Below are positions 1 to 10,165 of a DNA stretch of 64,000 nt, piece after piece (position 1 is the first letter of the stretch; every line of letters starts with the position of its first letter). The stretch lies in the NCBI GenBank assembly GCA_049644605.1, contig JBARSF010000017.1:7805-71804 (forward strand). Direction: 5' to 3'. The DNA is from Anaerolineales bacterium. GTDB lineage: Bacteria > Chloroflexota > Anaerolineae > Anaerolineales > UBA11858. The notes under the pieces were generated by a model. That model searched no databases. It saw only the letters and a list, made by a program, of their open reading frames with translations, and was not told where the DNA came from. A program made the translations under genes and the position numbers.

Positions 1-2994
1 GGTACCTTTTTTTGCATAGCGTTTATCTACAAACGCCTGACCAAGGAAGTACCCCTCACTATCCGTGGCGCAGCTGGTCACTTTACCAATCACCCGTCCC
101 TGCTCATCCATTACTGGATCTCCATAATGCGCTTTGCGAACTCGTTTTTCACTGAAACGGAACCGGGCGATAACATTTTCTCGTTCCTGCTCCTGAGCCA
201 GGTAGGCATCTCTGCCAATGAACCAGGGTTTATTTGTTTTTACATAAGATCCAAATCCAGATCCTCCAACACCAATATTCATCTCTCCAGCCATTTCATT
301 TCCGTATAACGGCAGCCCTGCTTCAGTTCGGAGAGAATCCCGGGCGCCCAATCCGCAGGGTTTTATCCCAAATGGTTTGCCCACCTCCAATAACTTTCTG
401 AACAATGATTCAGCAAGATCTGGATGAACAAAAATTTCAAAGGCTTCTTTTTCCCCTGTATACCCGGTTCGGGAGACAACCAAATCATAGTCACCGCTCT
501 TTACTTCACAAAGTTCTGACCACCGGAGATGATTGATCTTGCGTTCGTCATCCGCATTAAAGCCTAAAGCCAACACGATCTCTTTTGATCGGGGGCCCTG
601 CAAGGCCAGGTCTACGCGTTGATCCTCCCCCTCCTGCGGATCACGCAAGTTGCGAAGGATAGTTTTCCTGCCGTAAACTTTTGCCCAGGGGCGCTGGTTA
701 TCCACCTTAACAGTACCTGCCTGTACTTCATTGAGCCACTTCCATACTTTTGGTTCATTGGAAGCATTAACAACTATCAAATATTCCAGATCTCTCCGCC
801 GGTATATCAGCGTATCATCCAGGACATTCCCTTCAGGATCCAGAAAATGGGTGTAAACGGATTCGCCAACTTCCAGGGATGAGATATTGTTTCCTGCTAC
901 GCTATCTAAAAACGCCATTGCATCAGGTCCCTCAACCTGGAAAACACCCATGTGGGTGACATCAAATAATCCCGCGTTTTCCCGAACTGCAAGGTGTTCC
1001 TCAAGAACAGAATCATATTGAACCGGCATTTCCCACCCAGCAAAAGGAACCATACGGGCTCCTAATTCCACATGCAGATCATAGAGAGCAGTTCTTCGGA
1101 TCGGGGCGTCTTCTGGTTCTGTCCAAACAAAATCCGGTAAGGCTTCCCCTTCTTCTTCTCTCATACCCAGGTAAAACGGTTTTTCCTTACTATAGGGGTC
1201 ACCTTCTACTAAGGAGTCATACTCCCTGTCGGATTCGCGGACAATAACCGGTCCGGGGATCTTTTTCAGTACATCCTCGTCCACTCGTACATAACCATCC
1301 GAGACAGCCCTGAGCCAGGTCAATACCAGGCCTGATTTTTCTGCAGGCACTGTGAGGTGGAAACTTTGCAGTTCATCACAAGTAACCATACCGGGTACAC
1401 GCCCCTCCGGTGTATATAAGAGTGTTGCTTGATTCATTCCGCATTCCAGGGTTTCTATATTACTGCTGACGATGTAATCCAGGAATTCCCTGGATTTATC
1501 CCCACTGATAATATAGGAAGAAGTAATTTTTCCTTCATTCACCTCATCATCAAGATAATAAAAATGGGGGTATCCATGTTTGCCTGGTTTGTAATCAATA
1601 CCAGCGCTCTCTGAAAGATCGCGCACTTTCAACTTGGCATCTTCCAGTGTTTTAAAATCAACTTTAGCGCGTACCTGTCTGCCCTGATAGTACGGCTCGC
1701 AGGAAAACAGGACATCTGCGATAATATCCGCCAGTTGTTTGGTTTGTTCTTCCTTAAATCCACGCTGTGTAATCCAGGGAGTACCCAGGCGGACTCCAGA
1801 TGGATTAAGAGCCGATACATCTCCCGGAATGGTATTCCGGTTGGTAACAATCCCGGCAATATCCAGGATTCTGGCCGCCAGATCTCCACTCAGCCAGGCG
1901 TCATCCTTTCCTCTTACAGATTTTGTATCAATATTTGTAAGATGGGTGTTTGTGCCTCCAAATGGTATCCTGAATCCACGTTTTTCCAAGTGATCATTCA
2001 GAACCTTACAGTTAATTACAATTTGTTTCATTAATGCTTTGAATTGATCTGTCTGGGTCAGTTTAAATGCCAGCGCCATAGCTCCAAAGACATTAACATG
2101 GGGGCCGCCTTGCTCTCCTGGAAAAACAGCCCGATCGATGGCCTGGATAGTATCCAAATCTGTACTCATCAAGATCGCACCCCGGGGACCGAGGAGCGTC
2201 TTATGCGTTGTGGAAGATATGATATGGGCATGTCCAATCGGGGAAGGATATTCTCCAGCAACGATCAACCCGGCCACATGGGAAATATCAGCCAGCAGAT
2301 ATGCTCCAACCTTGTCAGCTATCTCCCGGAAACGAGCCCAGTCCAACTGCCAGGAATACGAGGAAACCCCGGCGATGATCATTTTTGGCCGATGCTGGAG
2401 AGCAAGCCTTTCTATATCATCATAATCAATCATTTCCGTCTCAGGGTCGACTGAGTAAGAGACAATATTGTAAAATTCCCCGGATCGGTTAACCCGGGAT
2501 CCATGGGATAAATGGCCACCGTGCAATAGATTCATCCCCATCACGGTATCTCCGAGCTTCACCAATCCATGATAAACCGCATTATTGGCTGGACCTCCTG
2601 ACAGCGGTTGAACATTTACATAAATATCCAGAGCTGTTTTATCATTGGCAGCAAAGGCTTGGGCGGCTCGCTGGCATGCGATACCCTCCAGGATATCCGC
2701 GTACTCCACTCCCTTGTAATAGCGGTCATCTGAAAAACGCCGGTACTCTGTAAGCAGTTTGTCGTAATCAAATAACTCTTCTTCTGAAAGGCCGCCAGTT
2801 AAATCAAACGAATAGCCTTCAGCATATATATTGTGGAAATAGGACCCAAGTGCTCTCCTGACGGCTTTTGGCGTCATGCTTTCGCTGGGAATGAGAATAA
2901 GTCTCCTATACTGCCGCTCTTGTTCTATCTTCAACAATTCATATAATTTTGGATCAAGGTCTTCAATAGTACCTCGAGTTAAAAAATCATTCAT
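1..2994 (-). CDS. Fused serine hydroxymethyltransferase / aminomethyltransferase (GlyA-GcvT fusion); C-terminus runs off the window edge
   Basis: Absent from the ORF track because it has no stop in the window. I scanned + strand triplets 1-3, 4-6 ... for TTA/CTA/TCA and found none until TCA at 2998-3000. Start ATG (cat) is at 2992-2994 behind GGGAG. The N-terminal half has SHMT motifs (LIPSES, VQPLSGGPAN, SSTTHKTLLGPRG). The C-terminal part has GcvT motifs (RRTALYDLHVELGARMVPFAGWEMPVQY, LFDVTHMG). Confidence 0.85.
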   Translation of the reverse strand, partial: MNDFLTRGTIEDLDPKLYELLKIEQERQYRRLILIPSESMTPKAVRRALGSYFHNIYAEGYSFDLTGGLSEEELFDYDKLLTEYRRFSDDRYYKGVEYADILEGIACQRAAQAFAANDKTALDIYVNVQPLSGGPANNAVYHGLVKLGDTVMGMNLLHGGHLSHGSRVNRSGEFYNIVSYSVDPETEMIDYDDIERLALQHRPKMIIAGVSSYSWQLDWARFREIADKVGAYLLADISHVAGLIVAGEYPSPIGHAHIISSTTHKTLLGPRGAILMSTDLDTIQAIDRAVFPGEQGGPHVNVFGAMALAFKLTQTDQFKALMKQIVINCKVLNDHLEKRGFRIPFGGTNTHLTNIDTKSVRGKDDAWLSGDLAARILDIAGIVTNRNTIPGDVSALNPSGVRLGTPWITQRGFKEEQTKQLADIIADVLFSCEPYYQGRQVRAKVDFKTLEDAKLKVRDLSESAGIDYKPGKHGYPHFYYLDDEVNEGKITSSYIISGDKSREFLDYIVSSNIETLECGMNQATLLYTPEGRVPGMVTCDELQSFHLTVPAEKSGLVLTWLRAVSDGYVRVDEDVLKKIPGPVIVRESDREYDSLVEGDPYSKEKPFYLGMREEEGEALPDFVWTEPEDAPIRRTALYDLHVELGARMVPFAGWEMPVQYDSVLEEHLAVRENAGLFDVTHMGVFQVEGPDAMAFLDSVAGNNISSLEVGESVYTHFLDPEGNVLDDTLIYRRRDLEYLIVVNASNEPKVWKWLNEVQAGTVKVDNQRPWAKVYGRKTILRNLRDPQEGEDQRVDLALQGPRSKEIVLALGFNADDERKINHLRWSELCEVKSGDYDLVVSRTGYTGEKEAFEIFVHPDLAESLFRKLLEVGKPFGIKPCGLGARDSLRTEAGLPLYGNEMAGEMNIGVGGSGFGSYVKTNKPWFIGRDAYLAQEQERENVIARFRFSEKRVRKAHYGDPVMDEQGRVIGKVTSCATDSEGYFLGQAFVDKRYAKKGT

Positions 2995-3058
2995 CAATCA
3001 CTCCCAATAAAGATCATCACTATACTAATGGTCATTTGTAATTCGCCAATTTATTAAA

Positions 3059-5290
3059 CTAGATTTTTTTTAATCCCCGTAATACTCTTTCCGGGGTTAA
3101 GGGAAAATCGTCAAACCAGATTCCGATCGCATTATGAACCGCTGCGGTCACAGCAGGTGCCAGAGGGATATAAGGCATTTCTGCCATCCCCAATGCCCCC
3201 CAGGGTCCATTAGGATCGGGGTTTTCCATCACGACCGATTTAAGAACTGGAGGGACATCCATGACAGTTGGTATCAAATAGGTGGAGAGTTTATCCGTTT
3301 TGACATATCCTCCTTCTTGAATAAAGTTCTCCGTCAGAACATAACCAAGCGCCTGAACGACACCCCCTTCAATTTGACCGACAACCTGACTTGGATTTAT
3401 TGCCCGTCCAACATCATGGGTGGAGATGACATTCTCTACACTGATTCGTCCGGTTTCGATATCCACCAGCACTTCGACGGCCTGGGCAACATATCCGTAG
3501 GCAAAATTTGGATTGGAAGCGCCGGTTTCCGGGTCAAATTTGGTAGTTTTGGGTGCCAGGTATTGATAGGTAGCGATCGCTGGCCGTTCTTCATCTTTCC
3601 ATTTCTCTAACGCAGCCAGAGCAGCCCCGTGGACACTGTTGCCGGACATGAACGTCATTCTGGAAGCAGATACACTGCCGGAATCTTTGGTTTCTCCCGT
3701 GTCAGCGCTGATGATCTTCACTTTTTCATAAGGAACTCCAACAGCATCGGCAGTCATCTGCGTGATTGCGGTATGAGCGCCCTGCCCTACCTCCGCAGCG
3801 GCGTGGCGGATGATCACTTGCTCAATTTCGTCAGTCCCATGAAGCTCAACGGTTGCCCAGGAATTCTCCTGATAGCCCATTGAAAATCCAATATTCTTAA
3901 AACCACAGGCAAACCCGATACCCCTCTTAAGGAAACCATTCTCTTTCTCAGCATCCTCTGTCTTTTTAATCCATTCAGTTCCGGTATTCTTCCAGAAAGA
4001 TTCCTCAGCGCAGCGCTTCAGAACCTCTGATACATTGGCCAGTCCCGGCAGGGGAGATTGAACAGATGTGAGAGAATCCTTTTTCAGTACATTCATTAAC
4101 CGAAGTTCCACAGGATCCATATCCAGCATTTGGGCCAGTTTATTCATTTGGCTTTCCGCCGCAAATGCGCCTTGCGGACCGCCAAATCCTCGGAAAGCTC
4201 CCCCGGGAACTTTATTGGTCGCCACAGCCCTGGTGTCGACCTTAATATTGGGAATTTCATAAGGACCGGTGCAATTTAGGGTGGCATTCGCAAGAACCTT
4301 ATTTGAAGTGTACATGTATGCCCCGCCGTCCGCGGTGATATCCACTTCAGCCCCAGTAACTTTACCCTCCCGGGTAGCTGCCCATCGGGTTTTTATATGA
4401 TAGGCATGGCGCTTATGATGCCCGATAATCGATTCTTCCCTGGACCAGACAATTTTCACAGGCCGGTTAATCCCCTGTTCCCGGAGTCGGAGTACGGCTA
4501 ACCCAAGCACAATCTGGACCGAAAGATCTTCCCGTCCGCCAAAAGCGCCGCCTATCGCCGGATGAATCACCCGCACTTGTTCCAATTCCAATCCCAACGA
4601 ATGCGCGATTTGCTCTTGCTCTTCATGAGCCCATTGTCCCCCTGCTGCAACAGTGATCCGGTCCTGTTCATCATAAAAAGCAAATCCAGCTTCTGGTTGT
4701 AAATAGGCATGCTCTTGTACCGGTGTGTGGTATTCGCTCTCCACGATCAGATCGGCTTCTTGGAAAGCTTTTTTTACGTCACCTTTTCTGATCCGGTATT
4801 TTTCATATATATTTGATTCCCGATCAGGATGAAGTAAAAATGCGCCTTCTTCCCCCGCCTCGAATGGATCCAGCATCAGTGGCAAATCTTCATATTCCAC
4901 CTCGATCAGGTCACGCGCTTCAGCAGCAATCTGCTCAGACTCAGCAACAACAACTGCAACCTGGTCGCCAATAAATCGAACTCGATCTGAATAAGGGATG
5001 ATAGAGCCGGGTCCACACAAGACAGGTTGATCAGAAATCTGAAGCCCATATTCATTAACCGGGACATCTGCTGCAGTTAAGACAAGAAGGACACCTTTCA
5101 CCGCGAGTGCTTCTTCGGTTTTTACAGATTTCACAATAGCATGAGGACGTCCTGCAAATAGGATCTTCATATAAAGCTGATCCGGGCTGTTCAGGTCACC
5201 TGAATATTCAGCCCTGCCAGTTACTTTATCCAGCGCATCAATCCGCTTTTCAGACTTTCCAATAGAATTCATAATAAGACCTATCACCAT
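3059..5290 (-). CDS. Xanthine dehydrogenase/aldehyde oxidase family, molybdopterin-binding subunit (stand-alone)
   Basis: 743-aa ORF. N-terminus KRIDALDKVTGRAEYSGD, then GGAFGGRED and RGFGGPQG type motifs typical of the Moco-binding subunit. Start could be M1 or M7 (5272). Confidence 0.9.
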   Translation of the reverse strand: MVIGLIMNSIGKSEKRIDALDKVTGRAEYSGDLNSPDQLYMKILFAGRPHAIVKSVKTEEALAVKGVLLVLTAADVPVNEYGLQISDQPVLCGPGSIIPYSDRVRFIGDQVAVVVAESEQIAAEARDLIEVEYEDLPLMLDPFEAGEEGAFLLHPDRESNIYEKYRIRKGDVKKAFQEADLIVESEYHTPVQEHAYLQPEAGFAFYDEQDRITVAAGGQWAHEEQEQIAHSLGLELEQVRVIHPAIGGAFGGREDLSVQIVLGLAVLRLREQGINRPVKIVWSREESIIGHHKRHAYHIKTRWAATREGKVTGAEVDITADGGAYMYTSNKVLANATLNCTGPYEIPNIKVDTRAVATNKVPGGAFRGFGGPQGAFAAESQMNKLAQMLDMDPVELRLMNVLKKDSLTSVQSPLPGLANVSEVLKRCAEESFWKNTGTEWIKKTEDAEKENGFLKRGIGFACGFKNIGFSMGYQENSWATVELHGTDEIEQVIIRHAAAEVGQGAHTAITQMTADAVGVPYEKVKIISADTGETKDSGSVSASRMTFMSGNSVHGAALAALEKWKDEERPAIATYQYLAPKTTKFDPETGASNPNFAYGYVAQAVEVLVDIETGRISVENVISTHDVGRAINPSQVVGQIEGGVVQALGYVLTENFIQEGGYVKTDKLSTYLIPTVMDVPPVLKSVVMENPDPNGPWGALGMAEMPYIPLAPAVTAAVHNAIGIWFDDFPLTPERVLRGLKKI

Positions 5291-5304
5291 ATAAAATATT
5301 CAAT

Positions 5305-7035
5305 CTACCCGGACGTTTGCAGACGGTTTTTTTCCAGCTGAATGATTCTTCTGATGATCGCGATAGATCCAGCATAAGTCGGGTCCATCCCATAATAAGA
5401 GAGTGTGCCCGCCCCCAGGTTTTTCCCCTTACTCAGGGGACGATCAGAGGCATAATGGAGTATGCCCAAGTCAAATGGCAGCTGGTCCAGATTTACAATT
5501 TCATCAATCGGGTGTCTTTTTGGTCGGAACATTTCAAACACAGCTGAAAGATAAGGGCCCGCCTCCATTTCAATACCTGTGTACCCTTCCCGGTAAAACA
5601 CATCCATATAGGTTTGATTCTGAAGGAATGTTCCCCGAACCGTGACCGCTTTTTGGTTATCAAGGACAGTTCCGTATATCAGGTAAGGACTTACATCCCG
5701 AGCCTCAAACGCCCGGGGACATAAGTAAGTATTCCTCGAGTGTTCATCGTGAACCACATAGGGAATCATTACATCACCGACAACACCATTCAGTGTAGCC
5801 GCTTTCCCAAGGCAGTATACCCCAAGCATTTTGCCAGCATTTTCAGCCACTTCCATCAGGATATTGTAAGCTGCCAATCCCAGTGGGTAATCAATATTTA
5901 AGATCAACGCGTCACTCTTTTTCAAAAAAGTCAGTTCACCCAGGCCGCCTTTCACCCGCTCATCCATCCAATCAGGGATTAATTCTGAGAGGCGGATCAC
6001 CTGGGCATCCACATCAAAAGAGTGTTCACTATCAATTCTTTGAATGCCGCAAGAAGATTCGTGCTTATTTCTGCGTTTGATAATCTTTTCGGTGTTGGGT
6101 TCCTGTAAATATTTCTTTAAAGCGTAGTACCAGAAATTTTCCCTGCTGGAAGGAACTGTATGGGTTTGGATTTGACGCCACTCATCAATTAGTTCCTGTT
6201 GATCGGCATCGACAAGATATTGGTTGATTTCTTTCTGATTCTGCGAGGCAAACCCAGAAAGAAGATTCATAAAGCTGTGTGTATTGCTGGAGATAAAATA
6301 TATCGGTCGGGATAACAAGTCGGGGACCCGGTCAGCTATAACCCTCCACCAGGCATTGGTTGCCCGGTTGTACTCAATCAGGGAACCGTTTAATAAACGC
6401 ACCTGGAAATAGTGCTCTTTCTTCTTTATTTCATTAACGCGTTGTACAAAATCACACCCGCAGACAGAACGCCAGCGGCTGAGATCGCTGACTGACATCA
6501 TCAACGCTTCGGCGAGATTGTACCAGGTATCGGTTTGTTTATGCGCTTCAGACAGGTTTATATCGTCCGGTAGATGCTGCAGCAGCCGGTGAAGTTTATT
6601 CCACTCGATTTGATAAGCAGTCAGCATGGGAATCACATCATCAATATCCGATCTGCTGGCAATGATACAGGCAAGGATTTCTTTTTCCGCGCTATAAAAG
6701 CAGCGCCTGCGGCGAGCTATCCCATTTACCTGCTCCCAGGACCAGACCTCTCCCATTCCGGCTTCCCGGAATGTGCTCCCGCTCTGTCCCAGGACAACTT
6801 CTTTAGTCTTTCTCACACAATCGGGAAGTCTTAATAGGGAATAAATAAAAGCAGTCATGTCGGGAGCTCGATCCCTGGCATGCTGGTGAAGCAGCGAGTT
6901 CATTCCGGAGTGGACTTCTTCTAAAGAACGGATCTGGACAGCATCGGAAGTTCGCAGGAGAGAATAATAAGTCCGGAGGTATAGTTCTACTTCCTCAGAA
7001 GCAGTATCTGGCACGGTTCTTTCCATAACAGTCAC
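5305..7035 (-). CDS. Hypothetical 576-aa protein; C-terminal part resembles the PNP/UDP nucleoside phosphorylase/nucleosidase fold
   Basis: Long ORF overlapping the upstream sulfotransferase gene by 4 nt (ATGA). The C-terminal segment has NIDYPLG ... GVVGDV ... GIEMEAGPY, reminiscent of PNP_UDP_1 enzymes. I do not recognise the N-terminal ~350 aa. Confidence 0.5.
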   Translation of the reverse strand: MTVMERTVPDTASEEVELYLRTYYSLLRTSDAVQIRSLEEVHSGMNSLLHQHARDRAPDMTAFIYSLLRLPDCVRKTKEVVLGQSGSTFREAGMGEVWSWEQVNGIARRRRCFYSAEKEILACIIASRSDIDDVIPMLTAYQIEWNKLHRLLQHLPDDINLSEAHKQTDTWYNLAEALMMSVSDLSRWRSVCGCDFVQRVNEIKKKEHYFQVRLLNGSLIEYNRATNAWWRVIADRVPDLLSRPIYFISSNTHSFMNLLSGFASQNQKEINQYLVDADQQELIDEWRQIQTHTVPSSRENFWYYALKKYLQEPNTEKIIKRRNKHESSCGIQRIDSEHSFDVDAQVIRLSELIPDWMDERVKGGLGELTFLKKSDALILNIDYPLGLAAYNILMEVAENAGKMLGVYCLGKAATLNGVVGDVMIPYVVHDEHSRNTYLCPRAFEARDVSPYLIYGTVLDNQKAVTVRGTFLQNQTYMDVFYREGYTGIEMEAGPYLSAVFEMFRPKRHPIDEIVNLDQLPFDLGILHYASDRPLSKGKNLGAGTLSYYGMDPTYAGSIAIIRRIIQLEKNRLQTSG

Positions 7036-8213
7036 CCCTCAAATTGTTTCAGCAATTCCTCCCTCAGGGGGAGGTTTAAATCATAGTTCTCAAGAACAGG
7101 TTTAAAATCCTGGATGATTTGATCCTTATCCAGCCTCATCTCAGAAAGTGAATAATTACTGCCGCCGTTGAAATTCCTGGCGAGGATTGTTTCTTCTTCC
7201 AGGATCTTTTGATATTCCGGAGTTAATTCAAATCCAAATTGATTGTAAACTCGCTCAATTTCCTGCTTGGGATCCACTACAAATTTCTCAAATTCAACAA
7301 CCTGGTATCGATCAGGGGGCAAATCAGATAACCGATCATGGGGATACTGATACCAATGTCTGGCATGTTCCTGAAGGATATCCACCAGCGGATACGCCTC
7401 TACAGGAGAACCATATGCCCGCCAGTTATTTGCCCATAGGTTAATCGTAGAAGGCAACATTTGCTCTGGCGGTCTGACAATATTGATAAACTTTGCATTG
7501 GGAAAAAAATCCATAAGCGTTTCGACAGCAGGTGAGAAATCCGGGTTCTTGGAGATATATTGTTTTTCCGGATGGAGATACAAATGCCGTTTTAAGACAT
7601 TTCGATAATATGTAAACTCCTTTTTTCGCCGTTTTTCCGGTACTTGTTGGTCATAATATATATACTTTTTTACCAACTCTGGAAAAGGAAAAACAGCAAA
7701 TAAATTATAAGAAGACCAGCTATGATAGAACAGCTGAGAATCCTGTTCGTAGGTAAACAATCCAGTTCTATGCATTGAATAAATCTCATTCAGAGATCGG
7801 TCAAATGCATTAATGAACTTTACTACTGGATTCCCGATTAATCGGCTAATACGATTGATCAATCGCAGAAATTGTCTCTGGATTATCGCAGGGGAGAAAT
7901 AAATCTCCCAGGCTTTCAGGCAGGTAGATTGCTGATCACGTAATAATAAGCGGTGAAAGAATGTTGATCCAGAGCGATAATTACCAATAATAAATACCGG
8001 ATCTCGATATCGACCCTGTTTATAGGCAGAATAGAATATTCTATCCAAGAAATATCCCAGCCGGATATATACATTCCAGATTGGATAGACAAAAAACAGG
8101 AAAACCAACAGGAAAAACCTCTTTAATGATAAATTTCCAGGAGTCCCTTTCGAGTGAAAAAAGCTGTAATAAAAAAAAGTCAAATAATCAACGATATTAA
8201 GCGGCATAGACAT
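7032..8213 (-). CDS. Sulfotransferase family protein (PAPS-dependent type)
   Basis: 393-aa ORF with a 5'-PSB-like motif GNYRSGSTFFHRLL and a 3'-PB-like IVRPPEQMLPS. There is an N-terminal hydrophobic segment. Confidence 0.75.
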   Translation of the reverse strand: MSMPLNIVDYLTFFYYSFFHSKGTPGNLSLKRFFLLVFLFFVYPIWNVYIRLGYFLDRIFYSAYKQGRYRDPVFIIGNYRSGSTFFHRLLLRDQQSTCLKAWEIYFSPAIIQRQFLRLINRISRLIGNPVVKFINAFDRSLNEIYSMHRTGLFTYEQDSQLFYHSWSSYNLFAVFPFPELVKKYIYYDQQVPEKRRKKEFTYYRNVLKRHLYLHPEKQYISKNPDFSPAVETLMDFFPNAKFINIVRPPEQMLPSTINLWANNWRAYGSPVEAYPLVDILQEHARHWYQYPHDRLSDLPPDRYQVVEFEKFVVDPKQEIERVYNQFGFELTPEYQKILEEETILARNFNGGSNYSLSEMRLDKDQIIQDFKPVLENYDLNLPLREELLKQFEG

Positions 8214-8385
8214 TAGTATTGGTAAAGATCATATAGTTATTAATTCAGGATTCAGTTCCGGCTTTTGTACTTTTTAGAAGAAAACTCTCTACCAGCAGTT
8301 CTATTCCGGGACCACCGCTGCCTGATCCAGACTAATATGAAAGTCAAGAGAGGGGGGTGGAGTTGCTAGAATTTCCCCTGAAGTT

Positions 8386-8715
8386 TTATTTCAGGAGTTT
8401 AAACAAATCGCGGGGACGAGATACTTTATAGATCAGGGAATAAACGATAGTCATGATTCCGAATCCAATCAATATCAGAAAAAACGTAACTATCAGCTCC
8501 GCATACAAATCTGGAGCCCATGAAACGCCACCCTGAATGCCATATGGGACGGCAACCCAGCCCCTGGTTTTATTTGCTTCCACAAGCAAATTTGCTCCGG
8601 CATAAGACATGACTGCAATTATTCCCATCAATAAGAACCCAATCCCACGCCAAATTGGGTGTACCCCTTCAGATGTTTCTTTAGTTTCCCTTTCGTACTG
8701 TTGGTATCGTCCCAT
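8386..8715 (-). CDS. Small membrane protein (2-3 predicted TM helices), unknown function
   Basis: 109-aa ORF whose ATG abuts the stop of the upstream FAD/FeS subunit gene (8716). Hydrophobic stretches are GIGFLLMGIIAVMSYAGANLLV and LIVTFFLILIGFGIMTIVYSLI. Confidence 0.6.
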   Translation of the reverse strand: MGRYQQYERETKETSEGVHPIWRGIGFLLMGIIAVMSYAGANLLVEANKTRGWVAVPYGIQGGVSWAPDLYAELIVTFFLILIGFGIMTIVYSLIYKVSRPRDLFKLLK

Positions 8716-10137
8716 TTAAGCACCTTCTTTTTTACTAGCTTCTTCAATTGCACTGACGATTTTATAATAACCGGTACAGCGGCATAAATTTCCGGAGATC
8801 GCCGTGTGAATTTGAGATACGGAAGGATGAGAATTTTCTTCTAATAATTTTGTGGCAGACATGACAAATCCAGGTGTGCAGTATCCACACTGAACTGCAC
8901 CTTCCTCGATGAAGGATTCCTGAACCGGGTTTAACTGATCCCCATCTGCCAATCCCTCAATTGTGATAATTTCTGCCATGTGCGCTCGCGGTGCAGGCAC
9001 CAAACATGACATGACTGCTTTTCCATCCAGAAATACCGTGCAAGCACCGCATTCCCCTTCTTCACAGCCAACTTTAGAACCTATCAGACCAGCATGATCC
9101 CTCAACAAATGAAGCAAGGATGTTCCATGACCTTCCTGAAAGGTGTATTCTTTTCCATTGATGCGGGTGATAATCGGTTTTTTGCCGGACACCAATCTTG
9201 ACTCTGTAAATTCAGTTGGATCAGAATGCTCCAGTTTTCCCCAAAGCAGGACTGGGGCTTCGGGAAGACGGGCGTCCTCTTCGCCAAGCATAATCTGGGT
9301 TAATCCCCGATTTACCAGAACCCGGGTAATTTCCTGACGGTACAGGGCAGATCCCCGGATGTCATCTATTGGTTTGGCAGCATCTTTCGCTAGTTCAGCC
9401 ACATAATCAATAATATCGCTGGTTAGCTGTTTCCCTTTCAGAAATTCTTCCGCTTTTTCAGCATGGATAATCGTCGGCGCAACCGCTCCCAGGGTTATCC
9501 TGGCATCCCTGACAACATCACCATCAATGGATATGATCGCTGTCATGTTTACAAGGGAAATTGCCTGAGCTTTCCGTAATCCCATTTTTAGATAAACGCC
9601 ATACTGATCTTCACCCATTGCCGGGAAGATCACCTCAGCAACAATTTCATCAGGTCGTAAAACGTGTTTCCTGACTCCAGTATAAAAATCCTTCAAGGAT
9701 ATTGTCCGCTGACCCTCCAGGGATTGGAGAACCAACTCAGCATCCAGCGCAATCAGGGGTACGATAGCATCATTGGCGGGTGAAGCTGTCACAAGGTTTC
9801 CCACAATTGTCCCCGTATTTCGGATCTGCGGAGCGCCAACCTCCCAGGCAGCCAGGGCAAGAGGTAGGGCTTGATTGCGGATCAAATCAGAAGACACACA
9901 ATGATTGTGTGTGACTGTTGGTCCAAGGTGGATCCACCCCTTCTGGTCCAGGGTTATCTTGTCATACTCTTCAATCCGTGAGATATCAATCAGGGTATCA
10001 ATTTCTTGATGAGATCCCTGGCGCATTTCCAGTACCAAATCAGTACCCCCGGCGATGATTCGGGCTTGCTCTCCTTTTTCAGCCAGGATCTTGAGCACTT
10101 GCTTAGTTGAAGCTGCATTGATGTACTCTTTCCACAT
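8716..10137 (-). CDS. XDH-family fused FAD-binding (CoxM-like) + [2Fe-2S] (CoxS-like) subunit
   Basis: The N-terminus has IIAGGTDLVLEMRQG (FAD_binding_5 type). The C-terminus has CEEGECGACTV ... QCGYCTPG ... CRCTGY, the two ferredoxin cluster motifs. Confidence 0.9.
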   Translation of the reverse strand: MWKEYINAASTKQVLKILAEKGEQARIIAGGTDLVLEMRQGSHQEIDTLIDISRIEEYDKITLDQKGWIHLGPTVTHNHCVSSDLIRNQALPLALAAWEVGAPQIRNTGTIVGNLVTASPANDAIVPLIALDAELVLQSLEGQRTISLKDFYTGVRKHVLRPDEIVAEVIFPAMGEDQYGVYLKMGLRKAQAISLVNMTAIISIDGDVVRDARITLGAVAPTIIHAEKAEEFLKGKQLTSDIIDYVAELAKDAAKPIDDIRGSALYRQEITRVLVNRGLTQIMLGEEDARLPEAPVLLWGKLEHSDPTEFTESRLVSGKKPIITRINGKEYTFQEGHGTSLLHLLRDHAGLIGSKVGCEEGECGACTVFLDGKAVMSCLVPAPRAHMAEIITIEGLADGDQLNPVQESFIEEGAVQCGYCTPGFVMSATKLLEENSHPSVSQIHTAISGNLCRCTGYYKIVSAIEEASKKEGA

Positions 10138-10165
10138 AAAACAATCTCCGGTAAATCAACTCCAA

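Noticed and set aside
619-2454. Plus-strand ORFs of 60-136 aa and a minus ORF at 1629-1889 listed in the track
   Set aside because: All lie within or antisense to the continuous 998-codon SHMT-GcvT frame, which carries clear enzyme motifs.
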